Part shown: positions 63,380 to 64,000 of the stretch, piece after piece | How the letters are laid out: every line of letters starts with the position of its first letter | How positions within the stretch are numbered: the stretch's first letter is position 1 | Origin: Lingula anatina | Lineage: Eukaryota > Animalia > Brachiopoda | NCBI GenBank assembly: GCA_051362555.1 | Contig: CM120645.1 | Span: 5,146,001 to 5,210,000 of the forward strand | Direction of reading: 5' to 3' | Length of the DNA: 64,000 nucleotides | The notes under the pieces: generated by a model | The model's database searches: none | Told to the model about the DNA's origin: nothing | The model's input: the letters and a program-made list of their open reading frames with translations, nothing else | Program-made: the position numbers and the translations under genes

Positions 63380-63563
63380 ATGGCAGGACAGTGTGGAGTT
63401 CAATCGTATAGGATTCGCAAGGCGATCGCGAGTGATGATCGTATTATTTGTAACATAATATTCAACGAAGGTTGGAAAGAGTTCAGTCTGCGTATGATAC
63501 AGGCGACGTTGAAAATATCCAAGGATGGCTGGCTTATAGCTGAAATAGACGGGAAAATCGTCG
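63380..63563 (+). CDS. Exon 1 of a second GNAT acetyltransferase paralogue (continues beyond the window)
   Basis: MAGQCG...FNEGWKEFSLRMIQATLKISKDGWLIAEIDGKIVG|gtaaaa; same 184-nt length, phase and donor as exon 62183-62000. Confidence 0.8.
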
Positions 63564-63613
63564 GTAAAAAAGTTATAGAAATCGTAATACCTAACATAAG
63601 AACTTCGAAAAAG

Positions 63614-63652
<39 letters not shown>

Positions 63653-63683
63653 GTAAGCTGTGTTCAACACCTGATAATTATTA

Positions 63684-63952
63684 CAGTGGCGGATTTAGAG
63701 GAGGGGGGTCAGGGGGGGCCTGACCCCCACCCCCTTCAATTTCGGACAATCCAATGGACCCCTCTTGAAATTTAAATTTTAACTAATCATAGTTCTAAAC
63801 CGTACCAAATTGCACCTTTCGCCCTCTCAAATACCAAATTTTTCCTTCATAGGGTCCCGAAACCGACGCCAAAGTCGGGTGTCAAACGGGTGTCTGCTTC
63901 GCATCGGCTGACCCCCCCCCCCCCCTTTCAAATAATCCTGGATCCGCCCCTG
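63684..63952. mobile_element. MITE with CAG(T/G)GGCGGAT termini and 6-bp TSD
   Basis: CAGTGGCGGATT...GATCCGCCCCTG flanked by TTATTA/TTATTA. Confidence 0.85.
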
Positions 63953-64000
63953 TTATTAGGTACAAAGTTAGTGGTGTTTCTTCTACATGTACGAAACAGT

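Overview
AT-rich, intron-containing animal genomic DNA, probably a marine lophotrochozoan such as a mollusc (inferred from the gene and TE repertoire, not proven). Most genes are spliced, so the ORF track misses them; I rebuilt them by hand from GT-AG sites. Left to right: a 10-exon NUDT5 (ADP-sugar pyrophosphatase, - strand, with a 9-nt microexon) carrying an antisense single-exon GPCR in intron 4; a tandem segmental duplication (~16.65-24.1 kb vs ~24.25-37.5 kb) with breakpoints in NUDT5 intron 2 and intron 1 of an 8-exon mu-class glutathione S-transferase (- strand), so the only gene copied whole is an F-type lectin nested in the GST intron; an ankyrin/SOCS-box (ASB) gene; two convergent uncharacterised coiled-coil ORFs that look like distant paralogues; two tandem secreted PAN/apple + fibrinogen-related genes; a Penelope-type fragment with a minimal hammerhead ribozyme; and head-to-head GNAT acetyltransferase paralogues. 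Tc1 elements, Helentron-type elements (HINEs) and several MITE families are also present. The strongest signal is reciprocal loss between the two lectin copies: one keeps the canonical fucose-binding motif but has its PAN domain cut off by stop codons, and the other keeps PAN but has a rewritten sugar-binding loop. No expression or database evidence was available.
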